The notes below the pieces were generated by a model, which worked only from the letters and a program-made list of their open reading frames with translations, made no database searches and was not told the origin of the DNA. 64,000 nt of DNA, from the NCBI GenBank assembly GCA_018644665.1, contig JABGQA010000108.1, forward strand, positions 3,527-67,526, read 5' to 3'. This DNA is from Candidatus Poribacteria bacterium (GTDB taxonomy: Bacteria > Poribacteria > WGA-4E > GCA-2687025). This document shows, in pieces, positions 38,591 through 47,148 of the stretch. Position 1 is the stretch's first letter; each line of letters opens with the position of its first letter. The position numbers and the translations under genes are program-made.

Positions 38591-38689
38591 GCGGCCGCGC
38601 CGCAGACGCCAGCCGTCCCGTCGTCTCGGAGCGAAGGGACTGCTGATCCCTGCTCTGCGCCGCCATGTCGCGACCGACGTGGCGAGACG

Positions 38690-39994
38690 CTACTCCGCGG
38701 CGGCGTGCGCAGCGTTCAGCGCCGCGCGCGTACCCTCCAGGTCGAAGCACTCGTACTGGTTGTCCCGCATGATGCGCGAGGCGATGTACTTCGCCTCCTT
38801 CCCGCCCATGTACCCCTCGGCGACCTCGGCCTCGAGCGCGCGTGTGATCTCGTTGCGCGCCTGAACAGCGTACGCCACGGAGCTCGTCGGCCATCCCGTG
38901 TCGCCACCGAACGCGAACACCTTGTTGATCGGCACGGCGTGGATGCAGCGGCGCAGGAAGTCACGTGAGCTGAACGGGTCGATGCTCCACGCCCAGCACA
39001 GGTCCGCCCAGACATTGCGGTAGTGCTTCGTCATGGCGACGAGTTCATCGCTGTACGGGTAGGAGATATGCATCAGGACGAACTTCGCGTCGAGGTACTT
39101 GGCCAGCAGCGGGGCCAGGTTGCCCGACGGTATGCGTCGCACCGGCATGCGGTCGTTGCCCGCGTAGTACCCCGTGTGGAGCTTGAAGGGGAGGTCGTGG
39201 TCGATGGACAGCTCGACGCCGCGGGCCCAGCACCAGTCGCCCAACCGCAGCCGCGTCGGGACGTCGATCTCCTCGTCGGGCTTGGTGAGGATATCCTGCA
39301 ACGCGGACTCGGCGTCAGCGTCGCTGCGCTCGACCCAATCGAGGGTGCGACCGTAGGCATGCTGCGCCTTCACCGCGGCGGCCGTGGGGCCGTACTTGGC
39401 GAAGATGGCTTCCATGCCGCGCTTCAGGGACGCCAGATCGGTAACGCCGACCTCCGTCTCTTTGTGGATCGCCTCCGGGTCGACCTGACCGCTGCAGAAG
39501 CCCTGCCACGACAGGTCGTACAGGAAGAACTCGAGGCCGGACGGGTCCGGCACGCAGGGCCAGCAGAAGTCGTCCGTCTGGACATGGTCGAGGTTCGCGA
39601 CATCCCGCAGCAGGCGTAGGCGTTCGCCCGGCTGTCGTAGCGCCGCGGTCTTGTGGTTCTGCGCGGCGAGCGCCGAGCCGGTCATTTCCTCGACGCCGTA
39701 TATGTCGCGCGCGATGATGCTCACCGCTTCGCCGTAGCCGGTGAACCGGATCTTCTCCCAGATGTCGCGCACGCTCTCGAACCTGCCCTCGATGTCGGAG
39801 TTCGAGCCGTCCATGAGTGTCTGGCGTTGCTCGCCCGTGATCCCGGCCGTGTGTAGGTCGGCGGGGACGTAGTTCGAGAAGATGTCCTGTAGGATGTCGT
39901 CGGTATTCGCGAGCCAGGCAGGCTCCTTCTGCAGATGCTCGTGCGTGTCGACGAGTGGTGTCTCCTGAACGTGACGGGCGATGTCGCTGCTCAT
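38690..39994 (-). CDS. Amidohydrolase family protein (TIM-barrel metal hydrolase)
   Basis: 434 aa with an N-terminal PLVDTHEHL motif and later HTGYY, LMHISYP and AFGGD blocks. Confidence 0.6.
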   Translation of the reverse strand: MSSDIARHVQETPLVDTHEHLQKEPAWLANTDDILQDIFSNYVPADLHTAGITGEQRQTLMDGSNSDIEGRFESVRDIWEKIRFTGYGEAVSIIARDIYGVEEMTGSALAAQNHKTAALRQPGERLRLLRDVANLDHVQTDDFCWPCVPDPSGLEFFLYDLSWQGFCSGQVDPEAIHKETEVGVTDLASLKRGMEAIFAKYGPTAAAVKAQHAYGRTLDWVERSDADAESALQDILTKPDEEIDVPTRLRLGDWCWARGVELSIDHDLPFKLHTGYYAGNDRMPVRRIPSGNLAPLLAKYLDAKFVLMHISYPYSDELVAMTKHYRNVWADLCWAWSIDPFSSRDFLRRCIHAVPINKVFAFGGDTGWPTSSVAYAVQARNEITRALEAEVAEGYMGGKEAKYIASRIMRDNQYECFDLEGTRAALNAAHAAAE

Positions 39995-40045
39995 TCATTC
40001 CTCCTTATTCGATGCCGGGCGGGATGCAATGCGCGTGGTCGCGGG

Positions 40046-41236
40046 TTAGGCGACGTACACCTCGCGCCCGTCAACGTACGTGCGCCGCACCGTGAACGTC
40101 TCGTCGAACAGAACGACATCGGCCTGCTTGCCCACTTCCAGACTGCCGATGGCCTTGTCCGCACCGAGTATGCGCGCGGGCGTGAGTGTCGCCATCGTTA
40201 CGGCCTCTACCAGTGTCGTCTCCATGACGTTGCAGGCGATGTCGAGCGTATCGATCATCTGGATCGTCGAACTCGCGTAGCCGGAACCGTCAGGTATGGT
40301 GGCGATCCCGTTGCGTACCACCAACGGCGCCCCTTCCTCCTTGCGGCCGAAGACGAAGTCTCCATCGGGCATACCGGCGCCGCGCGATGCGTCTGTCACC
40401 AGGGCGAGGCCGTCGACGCCCTTGCACTTGAAGGACAGCTTCATCAGCTCGGGCGGCAGATGGACGCCGTCCGCGATGATCTCCGTCGTGAGTTCGTCGT
40501 GGAGCAGGGACGCCTCGACGATGCCTCCGCGCTTGCTCGGCGGTGTCCTGACGGTGCTAGACATCGCGTTGTAAAGGTGCGTGGAGTGCTGCACGCCCCA
40601 GTCCATCGCCTCGACCATTTGGGGGTACGTCGCGTCGGAGTGTCCGGCGCTGACGACAATGCCGCGGTCTGCCAGGGCGCGGATGAACGGCTCAGCGCCA
40701 GGCAGCTCGGGCGCGAGCGTGATCCACGCGATTTCGTCGGCGTATTCGAGGAGTTGCTCCGTCTCCGACGGGCTGGGGTCACTGATGTACCGGTCTAGAT
40801 GGCAGCCCTTCTTCGCCATGGCGAAGTAGCGACCCTCGACGTGCGAACCCAGTATCTTGGCCCCGGGGACGGCTGCGCCGCGCGCGTCGGCGGAGGCCCG
40901 GACCATCGAGAGCAAGTTGTCCAGCGAGTCCGTGCCCAGTGTCGCCAGCAGCGACGTTGTGCCGCCCTGCGCGTGGTACTTCGTGACGACATGGGCGTCG
41001 GCGACAGTCGCGTCCATGAAGTCGGAGCCCTTGCCGCCGTGGACGTGCACATCGATAAACCCGGGAGCCACGTAGGCTCCGGCCGCGTCGACCACCTTCC
41101 ATTCCGCGGCGTGCGGTTCCGGCCCGCCGACCCCGGCGATGCGGTCGCCGCTGATCCATAGGGAGGCCTCGGGAGTCAACTCCGTCGGTGTTACGAGCGT
41201 CCCCCCGTCTATCCTGAGGTGCGATTCGGTGGGCAT
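40046..41236 (-). CDS. nagA: N-acetylglucosamine-6-phosphate deacetylase
   Basis: 396 aa with APGFIDVHVHGGKGSDFMD, GHSDATY, ATHLYNAMS and a DASRGAGM-like block. Order and spacing are typical of NagA. Confidence 0.8.
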   Translation of the reverse strand: MPTESHLRIDGGTLVTPTELTPEASLWISGDRIAGVGGPEPHAAEWKVVDAAGAYVAPGFIDVHVHGGKGSDFMDATVADAHVVTKYHAQGGTTSLLATLGTDSLDNLLSMVRASADARGAAVPGAKILGSHVEGRYFAMAKKGCHLDRYISDPSPSETEQLLEYADEIAWITLAPELPGAEPFIRALADRGIVVSAGHSDATYPQMVEAMDWGVQHSTHLYNAMSSTVRTPPSKRGGIVEASLLHDELTTEIIADGVHLPPELMKLSFKCKGVDGLALVTDASRGAGMPDGDFVFGRKEEGAPLVVRNGIATIPDGSGYASSTIQMIDTLDIACNVMETTLVEAVTMATLTPARILGADKAIGSLEVGKQADVVLFDETFTVRRTYVDGREVYVA

Positions 41237-41329
41237 GATGCGCTCCAGAGTGCCGCCGTAGGACGTGACCGGGCCATGCGGTACTGATACTTGACTCGCG
41301 CCTGGGATTCAAGAGACGTGGCTCCGGGA

Positions 41330-41349
41330 AGACTCGCCGCGGCGAGTCT
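41330..41349. promoter_or_regulatory. 20-bp perfect palindrome (candidate operator) in the nagA / radical-SAM divergent intergenic region
   Basis: AGACTCGCCGCGGCGAGTCT is exactly self-complementary. It lies 94 nt upstream of the nagA start and 260 nt upstream of the radical SAM start. Confidence 0.35.
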
Positions 41350-41609
41350 CTGCAAGCGGTCGAGTCCTCTACCCGCCTTGAAGCGCGCGCTCCTTCCCGC
41401 TTAGGGTGGTGACATGCTGGCAAGGGTTCTCGCCGGTGACGGCGCAAGCCGGGCGATCGACACGCCTCACAGGCCGCCCTCAGCGCCGTGCGCCTCCGTG
41501 TCAGGCTCCCGCTCTCGCTACGGCCGCGACGGTCGATGAACGCCACGTGCGCCTAGGGCCGATTTGGCCGGGCGTGACGTGTCGGAGATCGCGCGGACAA
41601 GGAGGCTCC

Positions 41610-43193
41610 ATGCGCAAGCTCCGAGTCGGTATCATCGACATCATCACAAACGGCCCTACAGGCGCGCTGTGGAGCCGTGTGATCAACCCCAGCTACGCCA
41701 GCATCATGCCGCAGGTGATCGCCGTGTGGTGCGAGGAGCAGGGGCATGAGGTGATCTTGGTCCCGTACACCGGCTCCGAGGACCTCACCCAGGAACCTGG
41801 CGTTGACGTCGATCTGCTGTTCATCGCGGCGTTCACCGAGGCCGGGCAGTTCGCCTACGCGGTGAGCAACTACTACCGACAGCAGGGCGCCGTCACGGTT
41901 CTGGGAGGACCGCACGCGCGCTGCTACCCGGAGGACGCCTGCAACTACTTCGACTACGTCCTCGGGTTCACCGACAAGGAGACGATCCTCAGCGTGCTGA
42001 CCGAGTGCGCGCAGCACCGGCCGGAAGGCGTGCATCTGAGCGCCCCGAAACACCCTGTCGCGCTGCCCGGCATCCGCGAGCGGTGGAAGCACGTCGAGAA
42101 GACGCTTCAGAAGGCGCCGTGGGTGAAGTTCGTCGGCATGATTGGAAGCCTGGGGTGCCCGTACACCTGTAGCTTCTGCATCGACTCGGTGATCCCGTAC
42201 CAGCCGCTCGAGTTCGACGTCATCACCGAGGATCTGCGGTTCCTACTGACGAAGTACAGGCGGCCGCGTGTGGGCTGGCACGATCCGAACTTCGGCGTCC
42301 GGTTCGACGACTACATGGACGCGATTGAAGCCGCCGTTCCGCCCAACCGCATCGACTTCGTCGCGGAAAGCTCGCTATCGCTGCTCTCGGAGCCCCACCT
42401 GAAACGCATGCAGGTCAACGGCTTCAAGGCGCTGCTGCCGGGAGTCGAGTCGTGGTACGGTCTCGGCAACAAGTCGAAGACAGGCTCCGCGACAGGGATC
42501 GACAAGGTGCGCGAGGTGGCCGCCCACGTGAACATGATGGGCTCCTACATCCCGTACATTCAGACAAACATGGTCTTCGGAATCGACGCGGACGAGGGGC
42601 CCGAGCCGTTCGAACTGACCAAGCAGTTCCTCGCGATGGCCCCACGGGCGTTCCCTGGGCTCTCGCTTCTGACCGCATACGGGCGGGCGGCGCCGCTGAA
42701 CCTGGAGTACCAGCGGGCCAAACGCGTCCTGCCCTTCCCGTTCCACTTCCTGAACAACCACGAGGCCATGAACGTCCGACCGAAGCAGTACAGCTGGGTC
42801 GAGTTCTATGACCACGTGATCGACCTCACGAAGGCCGCCTACTCATGGCCGGCAATCGCGAGGCGCTTCGCCGCCACGAAGGGCACGATCCCCAAGGGCA
42901 TCAACTTCATCCGAGCGATCTCGTACGAAGGGTTCGGGCGACTCAAGTACTACACCGAGGTCCGCCGGCTCCTCGTCGAGGACCGGCAGTTCCGCGCGTA
43001 CTACGAAGGCGAGACCACCGACCTCCCCCCGTTCTTCTACGATCGCCTTCGCCGTGGTCTCGGGGAGTTCTGGCAATGGCTGCCCGACGGAGCCATCCAC
43101 CATGATACGAACGCCTACCTCGCGGCTGAGGAGCGGGCCGCGCTCGCGCGGCAAGAACGGCCGAGCACGTACGACGCCGCTGCCGGGGGCTAG
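41610..43193 (+). CDS. Radical SAM protein with an N-terminal B12-binding-like (Rossmann-like) domain
   Basis: Start at MRKLRVGIID (GGAGG at 41601-41605). The CxxxCxxC cluster is GCPYTCSFC. An N-terminal flavodoxin-like segment precedes it. The specific subfamily was not identified. Confidence 0.7.
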   Translation: MRKLRVGIIDIITNGPTGALWSRVINPSYASIMPQVIAVWCEEQGHEVILVPYTGSEDLTQEPGVDVDLLFIAAFTEAGQFAYAVSNYYRQQGAVTVLGGPHARCYPEDACNYFDYVLGFTDKETILSVLTECAQHRPEGVHLSAPKHPVALPGIRERWKHVEKTLQKAPWVKFVGMIGSLGCPYTCSFCIDSVIPYQPLEFDVITEDLRFLLTKYRRPRVGWHDPNFGVRFDDYMDAIEAAVPPNRIDFVAESSLSLLSEPHLKRMQVNGFKALLPGVESWYGLGNKSKTGSATGIDKVREVAAHVNMMGSYIPYIQTNMVFGIDADEGPEPFELTKQFLAMAPRAFPGLSLLTAYGRAAPLNLEYQRAKRVLPFPFHFLNNHEAMNVRPKQYSWVEFYDHVIDLTKAAYSWPAIARRFAATKGTIPKGINFIRAISYEGFGRLKYYTEVRRLLVEDRQFRAYYEGETTDLPPFFYDRLRRGLGEFWQWLPDGAIHHDTNAYLAAEERAALARQERPSTYDAAAGG

Positions 43194-43551
43194 CGGACAG
43201 GCCGCCTCGCGTCAGAGATCGGAGTCCCGGCCCTGCGACGACATTCGTGCTCCGGCGCAACCTGGGACGCCTAGCGCGCGACTCGCGATGGCAAGGGAGC
43301 GGCGCCAAGCACGCGCCTCGTCGGTGTCACGGCTGAACCTACCTGGTCCCGTAGCGTTGTGGCGGGGAGCGGGCGCTTGGCGCGGTCTCGGCACGTGCTT
43401 CACGCCGACGCCCACGGTATCCTTGACACGGCGACGATAGCACGCCTCCGGGCCGCCCCGCTCGCGGCTCCGGCGTGCCGGCCGACGTGGAGTAGGAACC
43501 ATATCGCGGCGTCGATGACGGCGCCCATATGCTCGGGAGACCGGTCGCCCG

Positions 43552-44577
43552 ATGCCCGCCACCGTCCGCACGATGCTCGACGAGTTCCGACAGGAGATCG
43601 GGACGTTCGAGGCGAGTCTGCCCGACGTCACTCAGCGGGACGCGCTCGACGGCCTGCTTGGCATCAAGCACGCCCTGGTCGAGACGTGGAAGGCGCAGGA
43701 GCTTGCTGGCGAGGGCGCCAAAGCCCGATCCGACGATCCAGGTGGCCCCACCACGGTGATCGCCGGGGCCCAGTTCATCGTCCTGTTCCTGCTGGGTATG
43801 CCGATCACCGACGCGCTGGGTGTGAACGCGGGACTCGCGGTCCTCTTCGCGCTCGTGGCAAGCGGCCTTACGGCAGCTCTCGTCTACCGGTGGATGTCCG
43901 CGCCGCGCAAGGGCGAGGACGTCGGGCTGCTTGCCCAGAACCGCGCGCGCGCCGACGACGATCCTGTCTTCCTCATGGACGAAGTGCAGAGCTACGTACA
44001 GGACCAAATCGACGCGGCCCATGCGCGATTTTCCGCGATCAGGATGGAGTTCGAACGGGCCGTGATCCGTCCGCGGCAGAAGGTCGAGACGACGCTGATC
44101 GCCCTGTGCCAGAAGCGGCTGGAGGCTCACAGCCGGGAGTTCCCCGACGAGGAGCGCATCCTCGCCCGCATCGACGAATACATCGCGCAGTGCGAACGCG
44201 CGCTGAGCGCCAACCCCCTCGACGAGCGCGTCGCCCGGCAGTTGCGGGAGACCGGGGAGCAGCTTCAGGCGCTCTACAAGTACCCGGCGCAGTTACAACA
44301 CGTCAAGACGGCCTATCGCCGCCAAGAAGACTTCGTCGCGGGGGTGGATCGAATCGGCGCCGCCATCGACGCGACGCAGTCCACCCGCACGGCCACGATG
44401 ATGGAGGTCGCGTCGCAACTCGGCGACCTGAGGCGCGAGATCGGCTTGACGAACAAGCTCGTGGAAGGCTTCCGCGACTACCTGGCGTCCCGCCCTGAGA
44501 TCCAGGGCGTCGTCGCGACCGGCGACGCCGAACAGCTCATGGACGCGTTGGACGGGTCGACCGTCCGCCCGACGTAG
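43552..44577 (+). CDS. Hypothetical membrane protein with a coiled-coil C-terminal region
   Basis: 341 aa. Two hydrophobic helices (VIAGAQFIVLFLLGMPI and GLAVLFALVASGLTAALVY) are followed by a long heptad-like, Glu/Arg/Gln/Leu-rich region. It is coding-like, in contrast to the overlapping Arg-rich ORF 43359-44498. Confidence 0.55.
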   Translation: MPATVRTMLDEFRQEIGTFEASLPDVTQRDALDGLLGIKHALVETWKAQELAGEGAKARSDDPGGPTTVIAGAQFIVLFLLGMPITDALGVNAGLAVLFALVASGLTAALVYRWMSAPRKGEDVGLLAQNRARADDDPVFLMDEVQSYVQDQIDAAHARFSAIRMEFERAVIRPRQKVETTLIALCQKRLEAHSREFPDEERILARIDEYIAQCERALSANPLDERVARQLRETGEQLQALYKYPAQLQHVKTAYRRQEDFVAGVDRIGAAIDATQSTRTATMMEVASQLGDLRREIGLTNKLVEGFRDYLASRPEIQGVVATGDAEQLMDALDGSTVRPT

Positions 44578-44593
44578 CCCGCCTCGCGGGCTT
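44577..44593. terminator. Short hairpin between convergent genes
   Basis: AGCCCGC-CTC-GCGGGCT, a 7-bp stem lying between the stops at 44577 (+) and 44599 (-). Confidence 0.25.
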
Positions 44594-44598
44594 CCCCG

Positions 44599-45348
44599 CT
44601 ACTCGACGGCGTGCAACCGATGGAACGCGGAGATGTCGCAGCGCGGCTTCAGCACCTCGTACGGGAAGCAGCGCAGGCACCCTGCAGTCGTGGTCTGCGT
44701 CCGCAGCCGCTCGAGGAACGGGCGCGTCGTTGACTCGCGTAGCCCGCCGTCGCGCGCGATGAATTGGCCCCACAACGCCCAGAACCCCGTCTCGTAGCCG
44801 CAGCGTTCCGCCGAGGCGACGTACTCCGGCGGGAATAGCCGCTGATACGCGGGGATGTTGTGCATCCACGAGCTTCCGCGAACCGTTCGCGCGTCGGGAT
44901 GCGCCTCGCGGATGTGGGCGAACATCGCGCGAAGCTCTGACATGCGCGCGGGCATGCGCTCCCTGCTGAGCGTGCCGTGCGGCGTGTAGTCGCGATTCGC
45001 GAAGTGCATCCCTACCGTGGGTTCGCCACGCCAGGGGTAGGCGTACTCGAAGCAGCCCCAGTGCTCGCGCTCGTCGTCGTCCCGCAGCCCCGCGGCCATG
45101 CGCTCGATGTACAGAGCGTAGGCGGCGCCCGCGATGTCGTCGCCGGCTTCGACGCCTTCGATGAACGCGTCCCAGACGGCGTTCGGCGTCGTGGGATTCA
45201 CGCGGAGATGGAAGAGCTGCCGCAGGATCGTCCACTCCATCAGCAGTTCCGAGACCGCGACCCCCTGTACGTCGGCGACCTTGCGAGCGAACGTGACCTG
45301 GAGTTCGAAGAACTCGCGCCCGTGCACGGTCCGTTGCGTCGTGTTCAC
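44599..45348 (-). CDS. Hypothetical protein (possibly acyltransferase-like)
   Basis: 249 aa with coding-like composition. The block VRGSSWMHNIPAYQRLFPPEY vaguely recalls C-terminal regions of some GNAT-like proteins. I could not make a confident family call. Confidence 0.45.
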   Translation of the reverse strand: MNTTQRTVHGREFFELQVTFARKVADVQGVAVSELLMEWTILRQLFHLRVNPTTPNAVWDAFIEGVEAGDDIAGAAYALYIERMAAGLRDDDEREHWGCFEYAYPWRGEPTVGMHFANRDYTPHGTLSRERMPARMSELRAMFAHIREAHPDARTVRGSSWMHNIPAYQRLFPPEYVASAERCGYETGFWALWGQFIARDGGLRESTTRPFLERLRTQTTTAGCLRCFPYEVLKPRCDISAFHRLHAVE

Positions 45349-45553
45349 GTCGGCTTTCCCCCACGGCGGATGCGCTGCGTCCGAGGTTACGCCGCGTTGG
45401 ATGCACGTGGGCAGGACGTGGCGCTAGGCTGTGCGGTGGGATCGCGCTCCGCGTCGATGGCAATCCGGCGGGGGTGTTCCATTCACGGACATGGGGCGCC
45501 ATTCTATAGCCGGTCGCCACGCCCATACCACGAGCCGCTTGCCGGAGGCCGAC

Positions 45554-47110
45554 ATGGCTGACGAACGCCCGGACTACACGTCGCGCGTGCCGCACTACAC
45601 GTTCTCCACGACACTCGCGGAGCAGGAGGCGGAACTCGCGACGAATCCGCTCCTCGAGCGCATGAACGACGTCCGAGACGGCATGGCGGCCGACCCGCAC
45701 CGGCCTATCTACCACTACGTTAACCCGGAGGGCGGCCTCAACGACCCGAACGGCCTCTGCTTCTGGCGGGACCGTTGGCACTTGTTCTACCAGGCCTACC
45801 CGCCGGAGGACACGCGGCAGCACTGGGGACACTGCGTCAGCGACGATCTCATCCACTGGCGCGACCTGCCGTACGCGATCTATCCAGACCCCGAGGAGTG
45901 CTGCTTCTCCGGGTCGGCCCTCGTGGAGGACGACCGCGTCATCGCGATGTACCACGGCACGAAGGTTGGGAACATGGTCGCCACGTCCGATGACCCGCTG
46001 CTCCTGAACTGGGAGAAGGTCACCGGCGAAGCCGTCATCCCCAGCAAGAGTGCGACGGGGTTCCCGCTGCCGTACAACGTGTTCGACCCGTGCATCTGGT
46101 CGAAGGACGGCGTCTACTACACGCTCTCCGCGGGCGTGCAGCGCACCGGGCCCGGCGGCAAGCGGGTACGCGCGAACTTCCTCCTCCGCTCGATGGACCT
46201 GGCGACCTGGGAGTACGTCCACCCGTTCGTCGAGGACGACGCGTTCACGCTCGTCGGCGACGACGGGGCCTGCCCGTATTTCTGGCCGATCGGCGACCGG
46301 CACATGCTGCTCTTCTTTAGCCACATGAGCGGCGGGCAGTACCTCTTGGGCGACTACGACACGGAGCGGGACAAGTTCGTCGTCACGGCGCACGGGAACT
46401 TTAACCACGGCTCGGTCGGACCCGCGGGCGTGCACGCGCCGTCCGCCGCGCCGGACGATGACGGGAACATCATCGTCATCTTCAACATGAACCCAGCCAT
46501 GCGCACAGAGGGCTGGAACCAAATCATGACGCTGCCGCGCAAGCTAACGCTGAGCGGCGAGGAGGACGTACTGGTCGAGCCGGCGGGCGATGTTGAGTCG
46601 CTACGCGGCGAACATCGTCGCGTGGAGGCCGTGGCGCTACCCGCGAATCAGGATGTCGTCTTGGATGAAATCGGCGGGAATGCCGTCGAGATCGGCGCGG
46701 AAATCGACACCGGGAACGCCTCGGCGGTCGAGCTGGACGTGCTGCGGTCGCCGGGCAAGGAAGAGGTGACGCGCATCATCTTCTACCGAAAGCGTGGGCT
46801 CCGCAATCCCGAGAACGGGCAGCACTCCAGCCTCATCAGCATCGACTCGACGCACTCGTCGTCCCTGCCGGAAGCCCGATGCCGCGCGCCCGAGACCGCG
46901 CCCGTCTACCTCGAAGACGACGAGCCGCTGAAGCTGCGCGTCTTCGTGGACAAGAGCGTCGTCGAGGTGTTCGTCAACGGGAAGCAATGCCTCGGCCTGC
47001 GGGTCTATCCTGGCCGTGAGGACAGCGTGGGCGTGTCGCTGCGGTCGCAGGGCCAGGACGCGACGTTGACGTCGCTGGACGCGTGGCAGATGGCGAACAT
47101 CTACGCGTAA
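45554..47110 (+). CDS. Glycoside hydrolase family 32 (beta-fructofuranosidase / levanase-like)
   Basis: Start at MADERPDY (GGAGG at 45544-45548). HRPIYHYVNPEGGLNDPNGLCFWRDRWHLFYQ is the GH32 NDPNG block. FSGSA, a candidate RDP-equivalent, and the EC-motif region (ACPYFWP) follow. Confidence 0.8.
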   Translation: MADERPDYTSRVPHYTFSTTLAEQEAELATNPLLERMNDVRDGMAADPHRPIYHYVNPEGGLNDPNGLCFWRDRWHLFYQAYPPEDTRQHWGHCVSDDLIHWRDLPYAIYPDPEECCFSGSALVEDDRVIAMYHGTKVGNMVATSDDPLLLNWEKVTGEAVIPSKSATGFPLPYNVFDPCIWSKDGVYYTLSAGVQRTGPGGKRVRANFLLRSMDLATWEYVHPFVEDDAFTLVGDDGACPYFWPIGDRHMLLFFSHMSGGQYLLGDYDTERDKFVVTAHGNFNHGSVGPAGVHAPSAAPDDDGNIIVIFNMNPAMRTEGWNQIMTLPRKLTLSGEEDVLVEPAGDVESLRGEHRRVEAVALPANQDVVLDEIGGNAVEIGAEIDTGNASAVELDVLRSPGKEEVTRIIFYRKRGLRNPENGQHSSLISIDSTHSSSLPEARCRAPETAPVYLEDDEPLKLRVFVDKSVVEVFVNGKQCLGLRVYPGREDSVGVSLRSQGQDATLTSLDAWQMANIYA

Positions 47111-47148
47111 CCGCCCCGACGCCGCGAAGAGCCAGGGAGTGGCACAGC

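Noticed and set aside
38181-38864. 227-aa ORF treated as an intact gene
   Set aside because: The last ~90 codons overlap the convergent amidohydrolase gene and are Arg/Ala/Ser-rich. The coding-like part extends upstream of the ATG with no start codon. I report it only as a possible remnant.
43359-44498. 379-aa ORF overlapping the membrane coiled-coil gene in another frame
   Set aside because: Its Arg/Pro/Gly/Ala content is extreme. The frame starting at 43552 gives TM helices and heptad-like sequence and is the better coding candidate.
44537-46522. 661-aa ORF antisense to the hypothetical gene and GH32
   Set aside because: Same reasoning: extreme Arg/Ala/Gly/Pro composition, overlapping the GH32 gene that carries the NDPNG motif.
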